From Octopus vulgaris (Eukaryota): 64,000 nucleotides of DNA. The DNA is taken from contig OX597837.1 of the NCBI GenBank assembly GCA_951406725.2, positions 47,988,001-48,052,000 of the forward strand, given 5' to 3'. Under the pieces are notes generated by a model. That model was not told the DNA's origin. It did not search any database and saw nothing but the letters and a program-made list of their open reading frames with translations. Positions 29,812 through 43,757 of this stretch are shown here, piece by piece. The translations under genes were made by a program, and so were the position numbers. The first letter of the stretch is position 1; every line of letters starts with the position of its first letter.

Positions 29812-29937
29812 AATTATAATGAAGGATATCTAAAAGATACCACCATGCTAGACATAGCAGCCCAAACTTCACTGTGGTTTTAGAGTCAAGTTTTGGCTGC
29901 TGCATGGTGGTATCTTTTAGAGGCCCTTAATTATAAT
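29812..29937. repeat. Fold-back (palindromic) element
   Basis: ctaaaagataccaccatgc..agcagcc.aaactt pairs with aagttttggctgctgcatggtggtatcttttag. Confidence 0.85.
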
Positions 29938-29956
29938 ATAGATAGATATGTAGATA

Positions 29957-30253
29957 TTCTTGTATTCTTTTATTTGTTTCAGTCATCTGATTGCGGCCAT
30001 GCTGGAGCACCGCCTTTAGTCGAGTAAATCGACCCCATGTTTTATTCTTTGTAAGCCTAATACTTATTCTATCGGTCTCTTTTGCCTAACCGCTAAGTTA
30101 CGGAGACGTAAACACACCAGCATCGGTTGTCAAGCGGTGTTGGGGGGACAAAACCACACACACACACACACACACACATATGTATATATACGACGGACTT
30201 CTTTCAGTTTCCGTCTACCAAATCCACTCAGAAGGCTTTGGTCGGCCCGAGGC
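29957..30253 (-). mobile_element. SINE family B, 3' portion
   Basis: Reverse complement of the family B body and tail, with internal (TG)n. Confidence 0.8.
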
Positions 30254-30402
30254 TATCTTTATATCCGTATATTGTTCTATTTATCTGTCTGTCTGTCGTA
30301 CTCTCAATGTAAACTGCCAGCCAAACAAGCATCACACATACATCACACACGTGTGTGGAGGGTGTAATTGTGTGTGCGTGTGCGCAAAAACCAGACAGCA
30401 AG

Positions 30403-30467
<65 letters not shown>

Positions 30468-31772
30468 AGATAGACAGATAGATAGATGGGTTAGAAGAGA
30501 AGGGAAAAGGAAATGTGAGAGGAAACAGCAAAAGAAAGGGAAAGAGGAATGGTGGCACAGAGAGTGAGAGAAGGGGGAACAGTGAGAGGGACTGGAAGAA
30601 AGTGAGATAGAAGAAAGGTAGTCAAAGGAACAGACCGGGGGAGGGGAGAGAGAGAGAGTGTGTGTGTTCTACATTAGTGGAACATAAGAATTAATAATGT
30701 TGTAAAATTAAAACTGACATTTTAGTTATGAAAAAATAGGTGTGCATGGGTGTGTGTGTGTGTGTGAAAGGGTATACAGGCGGTTGGTTTAATGAATACC
30801 ATGTCTGAATGAATAAATTTGTATTCTCAAAGAACTCCATGTAGCGCTTTCATTTCTGTTCACGATATTCAAACGAGTCAGCACATTTCCGCTTCTCCAT
30901 CACAGGTTCCGTTCAAAGAAATCTCATCGACCGTTGCCGAAGATCTGTTCTACTGTTTGCTTAAAAACCTTTTTAGTTTTCAAAAAGGTATCCTACTGAA
31001 TGTAGCTTAATAATACGAAACATCTCGAAGCTGCCTGAAGCCGGATGCAAGCTATACGACGGATTGTAAGAGAACAGCGAAGCCAGTGGCTTCAGTAACA
31101 GACACAAAGACACGAGCTGTGTGTATGAAGGAACTGGTGGGAAAGATATTAAAGTAACATGTTTCTACGATCTCGTCTTTTTCTCCTGTCCCCCCCCCTA
31201 AAACCTTTAGTGATGTTTACATTCAATCTGATGGTTTAATCAGCAACCCGAACAAGATTACAAACACACTGACCATCCCCAAAGAAAGGAAAAACTTCAT
31301 TGATCTTCTCTGTATCTTGGCTTTTCTTCGGACGATGTTTACAGGCTGGATGATAAGGAGGTAGTTTCATGATAGCGTCAAATTTGAAATTCCTACACTG
31401 TGGGTGAGATAAAGTACTTCAGGGTACTTTAACACAATCACGGCAGTTCAAACAGTTCAGTTCCAGTATTTCGGCAGTAAAAATGGCCAACATCTTTCAT
31501 GAAATTTTCCACTCTGTTTATAACAATAATTGAAAGTTATTTTAAAAGTCACGTGACACCAATTTATCGCTTTTCTGTTGCAGATTTTACTGAAGAATTC
31601 TTGAGAGTTTCGCGAAAATCTTGAGAGCAGCTCGATTTTACTTCATCAGTTGTAGACTTTCTACCATTTTTGAATTCCCGAACCCCGTATTTCTCAGTAA
31701 TCCATGGTATAGTTTTATTTCTGTCAGCCGCAGCAGTTCTACATAGATCTCTCTCGTTTCTACATGTGTGTG

Positions 31773-31832
<60 letters not shown>

Positions 31833-34179
31833 CCCTAACTACCAGTCGTTTTCACAACAAGCGTCAAGGAATGTAAATCGTGAACCCTTTTCTTCAGCAG
31901 ACATGGTAGAAACATTGGCATCGACCAGAAAACGGAATTATTGTTTGTAAACTTCACCAATCGTGGAGGACATTGAAGAAACATGGCGGTCTGATGCTTT
32001 CTTTGTTGACTTTGCCTCATTCAACTGATGGAGCAACTGTGACCATCTCGTCGCTTTTAAAGGCGTAATACTCGCAGAACTGCTTTGCACGATCACGTAT
32101 AAAAGGACATTAGTAGTAGTAGTAGTAGTAGTAGTAGTTCTTGTAGAAGATGAAGGAAGTGTGAAAGAAATTTCATAGGAAACTAGTTGGGGGGGGGTGC
32201 CTGAGACCGGAAATGAGTGATAGATTGTTCAGGAGACGGGAAGATAGAGTTAGAGAGTGGATGAGAGCGAGAGAGAGATTAAAACAGAAAGCAATGGGAT
32301 GGGGAGAGAGTCATGCAATAAAGAATTAGTTTCGAAAAGCAACAAAGTAAACCATCGTTAATCTGACGTCAAACCGTCGTTAATCCGACGACGTTTTTGC
32401 TGAGTGATTTTGTGATTGTCGCGAAGTTAATATGGAGTGACATGAAATGGCAGAAGATAACACAAGTGTCGTATGCTGTTTTGTTTTTTTTAAGAAAAAG
32501 GGACTTGAGTGAATGGAAGATGGAGAATAAAGGACAAAGAAAGGTTTAAACCATGATAGTAATAAAATGTTGAATGAAAGAACCTATTAAAAAGGTGGTC
32601 GGTGAGGAAATATTGAAGTAAGAGAAAGAAATAATGTAAATGAATGAGAAAGAACTATTGCAATAGTGGAATGAGAAGGGTGGGGGGTATTTCAAAAAAA
32701 TTGAAGGAAATAATAAATATAGGGTGTGACTGGGGGAAAATGAAGAAACTCAAATGAAAGAATCAAGGAATGATAAAAGCTGAGAAAACTTGAAAGTAAT
32801 TGAAAAAATATTTCTTCTAAGAAGGAAAAATAATGAACGTAAAAGAAATTAAAAAGAAGGAAATATATTGTTAAAAACATTTCTGTAGAAGATGAAAGAT
32901 GAAAGAAAGAAGTCGGTTGGAGAGAAGGAAAACAGAGCTATGATAAAGAAGAAAGAAAGAAGGAAAACAGAGCTATGATAAGGAAGAAAGAAAGAAAATT
33001 AGACGAAAGAAGAATAATTTCTTCTTGATGCCCAAAATGAGAAACTTGAGAGGAAGGGAGAGTCAAATCTGTTGTTCCTTGTATTTGACTGGTTCTTTAT
33101 TTTATCGATTCCAAGAGCAAGGAAGTTAAAGACGACTTCGGCTGAATTTTAACTCTGAGCGTGAAGAATTGGATTAAACACCACCAAGTATTTTGTCCAT
33201 GCCTGAAATGAGTTTGTCAACCCACTGTTCTAAGAAGAAGAAAATAATGGATGAAGAGGTTGGAATATAAAAAAAGATAGACAAAGTAAATAAAAAAAAA
33301 GGAAATTCATGAAAGAATAACAATAGAAAGACGAAGAAAGAAGGATTAGCACAAAAAAAAAAATGAGAGAGAGGTGGGGAATAAAAGAAAACGAATGAAG
33401 GCGAAAGAAAGAATAACATCTCTGAGATAAATTTGTTTAAATAAAAAGTTCGATCTTTAAAGGAATTGAATAGTGGAGGCGTGCTCTGTGTTTCAACAAC
33501 AGATGACATCTTCAGATGACATAACAGGAAGTAAGAAATAGGGAGGAAGGAGCAGACACGTTGGAAAAAGGAGAGGAGAATGAAAGCAAAGAGTGGAGAC
33601 GAAGTGAAATAGAGAGCGAGAGAGAGGGGGGGTATATACATGTTCAGCTTCTTTAAATCCATTCCATTGAGTCAAGCGCCATCCAAATAAAACTGATTAA
33701 TTAATTACATTTGCAAATAAAGTCAGTTTTAGTTAACTGCATAAAGAATGGTGAAAGGTAATCAAAAGCTGAACATTTAGTTTAATTGGAAGAGATTCTA
33801 GAAACTTCTAAAACTTTCCTAAAGTCTTCTGCGACCAATGCGAGAGCACGGGTGCCAGCTGTTATCTGCTCCTTAGAGCAATGGCGTTACCCTTGGATAA
33901 ATATCTGAGTGAGGAGAGACTTGCACGAAGGGGTAACTGTTACTTTTCAACAAAATCTGCCTGGTTCGATTCCTGGTGCGTTGTGTCCTTAGCCAAGGCA
34001 CTTCACTTTTATTCCATTCCTTTCAATGGAAAATTCGTTGTCTGCAACAGAATGGTGCCACGTAGACTATTGGCCGAAAACTTTGCAAACCTAGGATATT
34101 GGTGGTTTTTATTAGCAACAACACACGGGTTGTTGTTGTTGATGATGATGATGTAGTTTAATCAAGGTTGATTTTTGTT

Positions 34180-34303
<124 letters not shown>

Positions 34304-34759
34304 TTATTACAAATCAATACAGTTTTATATTAATGTGTCATTAAATACAGATCAACCCTTACTACTGATTTTAAATGTCGTACGCGCTCCTCCTCCTCCT
34401 CCATCCCTCCTTTGTAAAGACAATAATATGCATATAACAGGCACGTGCATACACATGCACTCGCGCGCGCGCATACACACGCTGATACATTCATTTTCAT
34501 GGAGCCCGCACGCACATAAACACACTTGGATGCATCTGTATATAAGCATATAGACGTATATACATAAATACATATTCATGTACACATACACGTGTACTCA
34601 CAGACATACACGCACGCGTACATTGTTAGAAAAAATGGCTCCTTTATTGGAATAATTCAAATGATTTTTTAAAAACCATATGTACATATACGCACATCTA
34701 TCTATCTGTCCTTCTGTCTGTCTGTGCACGAAAGATTGGATATAATAGTCTACCCCAAC

Positions 34760-35790
34760 ATGTCTTGGTCAACCAAAGAAAAGCCTATTTCGTCAACAAA
34801 TCATACACTGCGGTGCAAATAAATTTTCAGAGACAGTTTCCGTGTCATCATACTCCACCAAAAAGCAGAATTTTTGACTGGGTTCAGAAGTTCAGAGAGT
34901 ATGGAACTGTGCCAAATTTTAATTCTAAAGGTCTGAAAGACACTTATTCTGGTCAGAGGGTGAGTGTTAGAACAGAAAGAAACAATGATGCTGTACGGGA
35001 TTCAGTGGGGCGGAGCCCAAAGAAATCCCTTCAATGGCACAGTCAAGAGCTGGGGACCTCTCCAGAGTCTTTGAGGAGTGTTCTTAAATTAGATTTTCAT
35101 TTGTATCCTTACCAGATCCTAATAAAGCAAAAACTTACAAAGGCAAACATAGAAAAACGCATAACCCTGTGGGAATGGTTTTGTGAGGCAATCGAAGGCA
35201 ATCCAATCTTCTTGGATCGTGTTTGGTTCTCTGACGAAGCGCACTTTTTGCTGTCAGGGCATGTAAACAGCAAAAATTAATAATTATTGGGGTATATCCG
35301 CACCGGAGAAAGTATTTCAGATGTCGTTACACACAACAAAGTGCACAGCATGGGTAGCAATCTCTAAACATGGAATCATCGGCCCATATTTGTTCGAAGA
35401 CGAAAATGTGAGAACTCAAACGGTGAATACGGAGCGCTATGTGGCAGGGCTGAGGACGTGTTGGGCATCATTGGGACGACGCAGAGGGATAGATCGAGAT
35501 GAACGATGGTTCCACCACCCGGCATCAAATGATTCCTTAGCCTGGCTGAGAGAGCGATTTCGGGAGAGACTGATCTGCAGGAAGTGTGACGTTGAGTGGA
35601 CACCACATTCACCGGATTTGACCACCACAGATTTTTATCTCGAGGTTAATGTTTACCAGAACAACCCTCAAATGATTGGTGAACTGAAAGCAGCAATCAG
35701 AGCAGAAATCATGGAAATCCCCAAAGAGAAATGTATTCAAGTAATTGACAATTTTGCGCGAAGTATGCAAATGTGGGGGGTGCATTCTAT
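34760..35790 (+). pseudogene. Tc1/mariner-superfamily transposase pseudogene (DUF4817 HTH, Tc3-like)
   Basis: ORFs 34765-35280 and 35321-35794: WFSDEAHFLLSGHVNSKN, WVAISKHGIIGPYLF, WTPHSPDLT..DF; stops and deletions. Confidence 0.85.
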
Positions 35791-35814
35791 ATAAATGCAC
35801 ATCTATCCATCCAT

Positions 35815-35857
<43 letters not shown>

Positions 35858-35860
<3 letters not shown>

Positions 35861-36047
35861 GGAGAATTCACGAAAAAAAAAACAGAAGACGAAGACAGGA
35901 GGTATAGAAAACAAACAGATGTATTAGTATAACGCTCAGGAATAGAAAAAGTCCTTTACGTTTCGAGCCTGCACTCTTCCACAGAAAGGAACACAGAAAA
36001 AACAAGGAGAGAAAAAATATGTGTAGTGGCTACCGATCTATTATGGT
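35858..36047 (-). repeat. Dispersed ~190 bp repeat with hammerhead-like motif (Penelope pLTR-like)
   Basis: Homologous to 42179-42360 and to truncated 15966-16049; all three adjoin (TA)n-type microsatellite. Confidence 0.6.
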
Positions 36048-36419
36048 GACGCGTGCGCACGCACACCATGCACATATACATTCGTCCATCCGTATATACA
36101 TATATAATGCATGTAGATACATGCGTATACTAGCATACACCCATCAATCTTTCCAGCAATACACACACTCACACTTCCATCCGTCCATACCAAATCTAGC
36201 ACCACCACCCTAATTCGCCACTCTTGCAGAGATTCTAATCAGGTCTTCTCACCCACACATCACCAACGTTTTCACCAACATTTTACCCACACGTTTTGCT
36301 TTGGCTTTACCCAATCACCGAGCGTAAAATGGCGACTGAAGACAAAACAAAAACTCTCTCTCTTTTTTTCTCATTCAGTCCTTTCCCTCGCCCCCACCGC
36401 GCTCTCTCTCTCCCCTCTC

Positions 36420-36474
<55 letters not shown>

Positions 36475-36949
36475 GGGCTACAATTAGGAAATAAACCATG
36501 ACTGATGATGACAAAGCTTTAAGATTTCCTGTCGTTTTTCTTTTAGCTAATGGTTCGCTCAACTCTTAATGCTTAAGATGGCGTGAAATGTTTTGAGGAA
36601 AAGCGGGCTTCTTTTTCTGTCGTCTTTTTTTTCTAATCTCCTCCTTCCATCCATCCCCCCTCTCTCTTGTTCTTTTTGTGTTTGCTGTCGTCGAATTGGC
36701 GTTTTCCTGTTCTTCTCGCTTCCTCTTCTTCTTCTTTTTTTCTTTCTTCTTCTTCTTCTTCTTCTTCTTCTTCTTCTTCTTCTTCTTCTTCTTCTTCTCC
36801 TTTGCTTTCCTGAATGAATATGGACCCTGAGTTGACTATGTCACATCCTTACTCACAACCAAAAGCAAACAGCGAGTCACTTTTGAATAAACAAATTTTG
36901 GTTTTAAAGAAACATTTTAGCAGTATCTTGGATACGAAATCTTCAATTG

Positions 36950-38000
36950 AGTTCGTGGTTATTGACCAATAACAACTAAAGCTGGTCCTTCATCATAGTG
37001 CTGGACCAAAGTTCTAGTGGTAGAAATCGCATCTTGTGTAATGTTTGGCACCAAAACTTCTGCAACATATTGATTTCTCTTGACAATCCATAGGAATACA
37101 TTTTCGGCGTGAACTTCTTTTTCATCATACAACTGGGCCTTCTTCCAGCCTCTTCTGCAGTAGTTTCTCAACGATTTTGCAGGGTTCACAATTGTAATGT
37201 TGCCAAACTAAAGCTTGTGGTGAAATTATTCAACACAAGACATCTTTTGCTTAAGCCCGCCACTTGGAAATTGCCTCATTTACACCACTCCATTGTGAAT
37301 GTGTAATTAATGCTTTCCACAGAATCCACGAGATACGGAACAACTTCGGTTCATCTCACTTCCGGCCACTGAAGAAAATACGTTAATGAGTGGTTTCATC
37401 TCTGATGTTTGTGTAGTGAATCTTGCATGCACGAAGTGGATTCGATCCACTATAGACAAATTTAAACTAACCCTGCTACAGAACTTTTCCCACGGCGGAA
37501 CAAAGGTTTTTCTCTGACAGCAGTTTTACATCTTCCAGATGCCTTTAGCTTGGCCGAAATAATGTCTTCACCACTTGACCCTTTCTAACCTCTTCTACTT
37601 CACCAAAAGCTAGAATAGAGATAACAAGACCACCAACTAAATCTATTGTTCTCAATGATATATCTGTCCTTCTGGATCTTAATATAAGCAAGCACATCCC
37701 AAGCAAAAGTCAGTCAGTCACATCGTGACGACTCAACGAAACCTGGCTGACCAACCTTGGTCAGAGGGAGAAACAAAGTTTACTGTCAGACAACGTCCCA
37801 CACCCTACAATTCTCACTAGCTCGAATTCTGTTCTCTTACAACATCATTCCATCTGTCTCCACAATTACTACTAAACAATGAAGAGGACCCAAACTCAAA
37901 CATTCTACCGCATCAAACTTTCGCATGCTTTTGGATTTATCATAATCTGCCCGTCGAGGCAAGGTATTTCTAACGTAACGGTAAATAAATATTTCCTTAT
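36950..38000 (-). pseudogene. Possible highly degraded Ty3/Gypsy RNaseH-integrase remnant
   Basis: Scattered minus-strand motifs in Gypsy order: DAVECLSLGPL (~ADCLSRLPL), ..RFSWWS (~LYWWP), PWEK, YFLQWPEV (~YFSKWPEV). Confidence 0.3.
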
Positions 38001-39761
38001 AACAACATGCATTGTTCATCTTTCACATTTCACAACATACAATTATAACAACCAATTTTTATCATCACAACTGCCGACTCCCACATCATAATAATGTTTA
38101 CAAATCAAATATCTACCGTTACATTTGTCATGGATATAAGTGAAGAATACATTGCCAATTCTACTTCAGTTGTCAGTCATACATAGAATCCCCACCATTG
38201 ACTTGAAGACATTCTAAAATTCAGATGCCGAGATATGAACTTCACTTCATAATTCTTTAGCTGTTGTACCTGCCTGCGTTCATTTTCTTTACATTGTTTG
38301 TTTCATGATTTATTATAACTTTGAGAATTTCTCAGTGCATTTGAAAATGGCTTTTTACCAATTCCAATAAAACTAGAAATAAAAAATGTGTTCTATCTTT
38401 ATGGTGTCTTTGAGGAGTAGGAACTTATCGTCGTTCTTCGTTCTTTCAGCTGATGCATCACATCTGAGGAAATTTACTGTGGGAATCGATTTAGATAACT
38501 TCAAACAAAATCGTGTGAGAGATTTTTAAAAGCAAGATTGTTGTAATGGAATTTAAAATGAGTTTCACATCATCAGGAATGCAATGTTTTATTTCAGTCG
38601 AACTCCCCAAGAAGTTGCTTGTGGCGGCTTTGTCTCAACATCATATTTAGGATACATCCACTTACTAATTTTCTCACGAGTTTTTTTTTTTGGATAGCAG
38701 TGAAGTTCCTATGCATTTCAGGCTCGTTTATTGAAGCGATCTCCTTTACTTTCAAATATACCAGATAAATATCCCACTGGACGCAGCTTTCAACAACTTC
38801 TTTTCGATAATCTATTTTCAACTTTGTTGACCAAAGCAGGAAATTGATTCGACTAACTTTTACATCCTTCTACCCAAGGATTGAAAATGTTTCCAATGTC
38901 TAAATATGACACGCTGCCGAAATAAGTTTCTTCTGACTGGCAGGATTATCTCCCAGCTGTATCTTACTCGGATTTGACTCCCATAATGCATCACCATGTA
39001 GAAGTTCTGCGACTGATTGCATCTTGTCTTTCTCTACATAAACTCTCATGTTCTCGGTTACTAACGAACCCGATTCAGTTTTTGTATGTGTGGGATTCAT
39101 AGCACGACTGAAAAAGTTCAAAATGCTCTGTCTTTTCTTCTGTTACAGCCAGGTTCGTCTGCTGAATTCTTTACTGGTGCCATTTTCTCAGTTCTAAAAA
39201 CACACACGAAATATAAACCGCTTAAATTTTTGACTATGAAAGCTGACATGACAACATCTTAACCCTCAGCTGGGAACATGCTGCTTAAAAATCACGTTTA
39301 CGATTTTATTTCAAGCAATTGTCGACTTTTAGTCTGATGTCACTAGTGTTAGGTTTGTATTTTATCGGCATCAAAAACAAGTATGATGTCATCATTCTCT
39401 TCTTAGAAATTAATTATCCAACAGACGGCACCAATGGCCGGATCAGGAGCATGAGATTCACATTTCTTTTTTCGTGAGCAGGAAAGAAAACTAAAATCAA
39501 TTTTATATTGTATTTTTCTATTCGAATTGTCACTGCATAATTTAATACTGAGTCGAGGCTTTATTCCGACATCACTATATCGATGGGAATGGCGACTTTG
39601 TGATGCCTCGACTTCGAATCAATTAATAAACTCTACCATGTACTGTGTACCTTCTTTTATCGTTTCACACACACACACACACACACTTGTATGTATCTGC
39701 GTCTGTATATGAACGAGTCTGAGGGTATATGCATGTGTCTGCATACACTCATATATCTTTT

Positions 39762-40105
39762 CGTCTTGTTTCACTCATTAGACTGCACCCATGCTGGGGC
39801 ACCGCCTTCAAGGGTTTAGTCCAACGAACCGACCCCAGTGCTTAATTTTTAAGCCTGTTACTTCATCTATTGCTCTTTTTTTACCGAACCGCTAAGTTAC
39901 GGGGGCGTAAACACATCAGCACCGGTTGTCAAGCAGTGTTGGGTGACGGAGTTACGTGCACACATTTCCGTCTATCAAATCCACTCATAAGGCTTTAGTT
40001 GGACTGGGTCTATACTAGAAGACCCTTGCTAAGGCGCCACTCTGTGGGACTGAACTCGGAACCACGTGCATGAGAAGCTAGTCTCTTACCACACAGCCAC
40101 GTCTG
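39762..40105 (-). mobile_element. SINE family B
   Basis: Head and tail homologous to other family B copies. Confidence 0.75.
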
Positions 40106-40134
40106 CACTTATATAGGTAGACAGACAGACAGAC

Positions 40135-40169
<35 letters not shown>

Positions 40170-40662
40170 CAGACAGACAAACAGAGAAAGAGGGAGAGAG
40201 AGGTAAGGTGGTAGGTAGACAAACGAAACCTATTGCCCCATAGGCAAATCGTCTCTTCTCCCTCACCAGCACCACCACCCTCGCCACCAAGGCTGCCGCC
40301 ATTCTATATAACCACTTCATTACTAAAATGGAAGAAAAGTAAACGCGATGTGATTTTTTATCAGTGAAATATGAAAGTCAAGATGGCGAAGATACTGCTG
40401 CTGCTGCTGTTTGTGGTTTCATTTGTTGTTGTTTTTTATTGCTAATAATTATTATGACGACGACGACAATGATAATGTTGTTAGCAGTTGAAATTTAGTT
40501 GATGGAAAGCTAAAATGTCGATACGGCGGACATCAATGGTGAAAAGTTGTAATTATGTCGTCTGCCTTAATGAATTCATTGTTTGATACAACTTCTGACA
40601 GATGGCGCCTCTTTACAACTCGCTCACCTGCTTTTTTTACCTCCCTCGTCTCTCTCTTTCTT

Positions 40663-40696
<34 letters not shown>

Positions 40697-41506
40697 ACAT
40701 TCTCTCTTTATTTTTTCTTTTCTTCCTTTCTTTGATTCTTTCTTAATTCTTCCTTTTTCCTCCTTTCTATATTTCTCTCTGTCTCTGTTTCTCTCTCTCT
40801 CTATATATATATATAGAGAGAGAGACAGAGACAGAGACAGACAGACAGACAGACAGACAGAGAGGTAGAGAGAGAAAGAGAGAGAAATTACTATCTTCCG
40901 TTTACTTTTGCTTCTTCCTTTTTTATTTCATTCATTTTATATTTATTTGTTATCTTTCTCCCCTCTCTTTCTTTCCTTTGTTCTCGTTCTTTATTGCTTT
41001 TCATCATTCTTTTTTCTTTCTTTCTCGATCTTTCCTCTTTGTTGGATTTCATTACTTTGCCTTTGATCTTTTTCTTAATTTTTGTTTTTAACTCTTTGCT
41101 GTGTTTGTTTCTTCTTTGATTTCTTTCTTTCTTTCTTTTCTCATTTTTCTTTGTGTGTGTGTGTGTGTCTGTGTGTGTGTGTGTCTGTGTGTGTGTGTGT
41201 TAAATACTATCTTGGGTTATTCTTTTCTTTCCGGGTTTCTATTTCTTTCAATATTCCATTCCTTTTTTTTTTTCTTTTCATTCTTACAGTTCTTTTTTAA
41301 TTACTCTTTCGTTCATTCATTTGCTCTTTCTTTCAATAATGTATTCTTTCTTCTTTCGCTCTCTTTCGTCTTTTGTTTATTTTTATTTTCCTTTTCTTCT
41401 AATTTCGTTCATTTTATATCTTTGGTTTTATTTGGGGTTTTTTTTTGCCCTTCATTTCTTTTAATATTTCTTCTTCGCTTTTTTCTTCTTTTTCTCCCTG
41501 ACCCCC

Positions 41507-41545
<39 letters not shown>

Positions 41546-42178
41546 ACACATTATTACAGATTGTCGAAAGTCCCACTCGTTTTGCTCAGTCAATCAATGT
41601 TAACTTCCGGTTATATTTAAACATTCTTTTCATTCCGGATTATTTTCCTATCAAAAGTTACATCGATCTTCCGGTCCATACTTTCTGAATTCAACCAATA
41701 TGGCTGCCGACATATACACTGGCAAATTTTTACATAATACCAACATAAGATTGCTTACTTTTCTCTCTTTCATTCATTCTTTCTTTCTTTCTTATATTTA
41801 TTTATTTATTTATTTATTTATTTCCTTCTTTCTTTATTTATTCATTTGTTTTGTTATATTGAAACTAGTTTTATTCGTTTGTTGCTGTCTGTCTGTCGGT
41901 CTTTGTGTCTGTCTAGGTAACTATTTATTTATCTTAATATCTTATACATACATACATATATGTACACATAAATAGATACACATACACGCTTACACACACA
42001 AATATACTTACACACACATACATACATAATGAGGTAATGATCTGGAGATGAATCTAGAGACGAAGTACTCAATACAAGCATAAAACAGTGCTTGATTTAG
42101 GTTAGTCCAGAGTAAGAGACCACTGGACCAGACTAAATAAACTCCACCATACGTTATATATATATATATATATACATC

Positions 42179-42360
42179 GGGGGAAGAATTGACGAAAAAA
42201 AAACAAAAGACGAAGACAAGTGGTGTAGAAAACAGATGTATTAGTATAACGCTCAGGAATAGAAAAAATCTTTTACGTTTCGAGCCTACGCTCTTCTACA
42301 GAAAGAGACACAGAAAGAAGGAGAGAAAAAAATGTGTGTAGTGGCTACCGATCTATCATG
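42179..42360 (-). repeat. Second copy of the hammerhead-like dispersed repeat
   Basis: Aligns by eye to 35858-36047. Confidence 0.6.
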
Positions 42361-43107
42361 CACCTCTCCTACCTACGGATCGCTGTGGACTCTACTCTTG
42401 ATGATATACATACATACAGGCATACGTGTGTGTGTAAGGCCTCACAATCATTCTTTATCTACAATCAATCGTTGACCAGCAGAGGGGGCTGTGTAGGTAT
42501 CTTGGATATCTTTATTCCTCTTTATCTTCCTCTCCCCACCTCTCTCTCTCTCTCTTTCCTTATTCTTCCCCCTTTTATTTAAATCCACTCACCCAACATT
42601 ATCTCGTTAGGTCCAATTGTAATCCGTCTTTCAACAGAACGTTGACCTTTCAGTCTACCAAACTCACTCTTTTACCTTCCACTCTAGTCTCCTACCGTCC
42701 ATGGTACTGTATGTGACCACTGTTGATATTTGGATCTTAGGATGTCTTCAAGTCAGTGACGGAGCTTCTTGCCTGATGGAAGTAAGAGGCGGGGGTGCGG
42801 ATGAAGAGTGAATCTTCGACCAAATTCTTTTGAATTTATTTTTATTTTTCTCTGTTTCTTCTCCCCCCCCTCTTTCTCTCTCTTCAATTTCATCTTACAT
42901 AAAACTTCTTCTTTTGATAATTTTCTTCTCTCTGTAGTTTCTAGTCGAACAATTTGTTTTTTCTTTTACTCTGGCCGAAAACTGTGTATATCTGATGTGC
43001 AATTTACTTACCTGTTAGATATGAGAAAAGTCGGCTTTTTACTTTCTCACTTTTACTCTCTCGTTCCTTTACTCATCATTGTCGCTCGTTTATCTTCATT
43101 ATTTCTT

Positions 43108-43172
<65 letters not shown>

Positions 43173-43461
43173 ACATATATATGTATTTGTATGTGTCTTT
43201 GATTGGTTGAAATTACCCAAATACAACCACTTTAACGCGAAATAACTTCTAAAATACGAAATTTTGTTCAAAACGTTGAGAGTAAACCGTGTTCTCCGTG
43301 AGAAATTCTACCAGTATTCGAAGATTCAAACTGTTTAGTTAAAAAAAACTTAATTAAAAATCTGTGATTGAGATGGAAGAGATCCTTTAATTGAATGTCA
43401 CTCATCCATTTCTAATTAAGTTTATACACACACACACACACACACACACGTGTGTGTGTAT

Positions 43462-43757
43462 GGGAAGGCGCGTGGCTTAGTGGTTAGGGTATTCCGTGAG
43501 TTCAATTCCCGGCGACGCGTTGTGTCCTTGAGCAAGACACTTTATTTCACATTGCTCCAGTCCACTCAGCTGGTAAAAATGAGTTGTACCTGTATTTCAA
43601 AGGACCAGCCTTGTCCCACTTTGTGTCACGCTAAATCTCCCTAAGAACTACGTTAGGGGTACGCGTGTCTGTGGAGCGCTCAGCCACTTGCACGAACAAG
43701 CTGTTCCGTTGATCGCATCAGCTGGAAGCCTCGTCGTTGTAAGCGACAGAGTGCTCC
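43462..43757 (+). mobile_element. SINE family C
   Basis: Homologous to 26633-26918. Confidence 0.85.
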
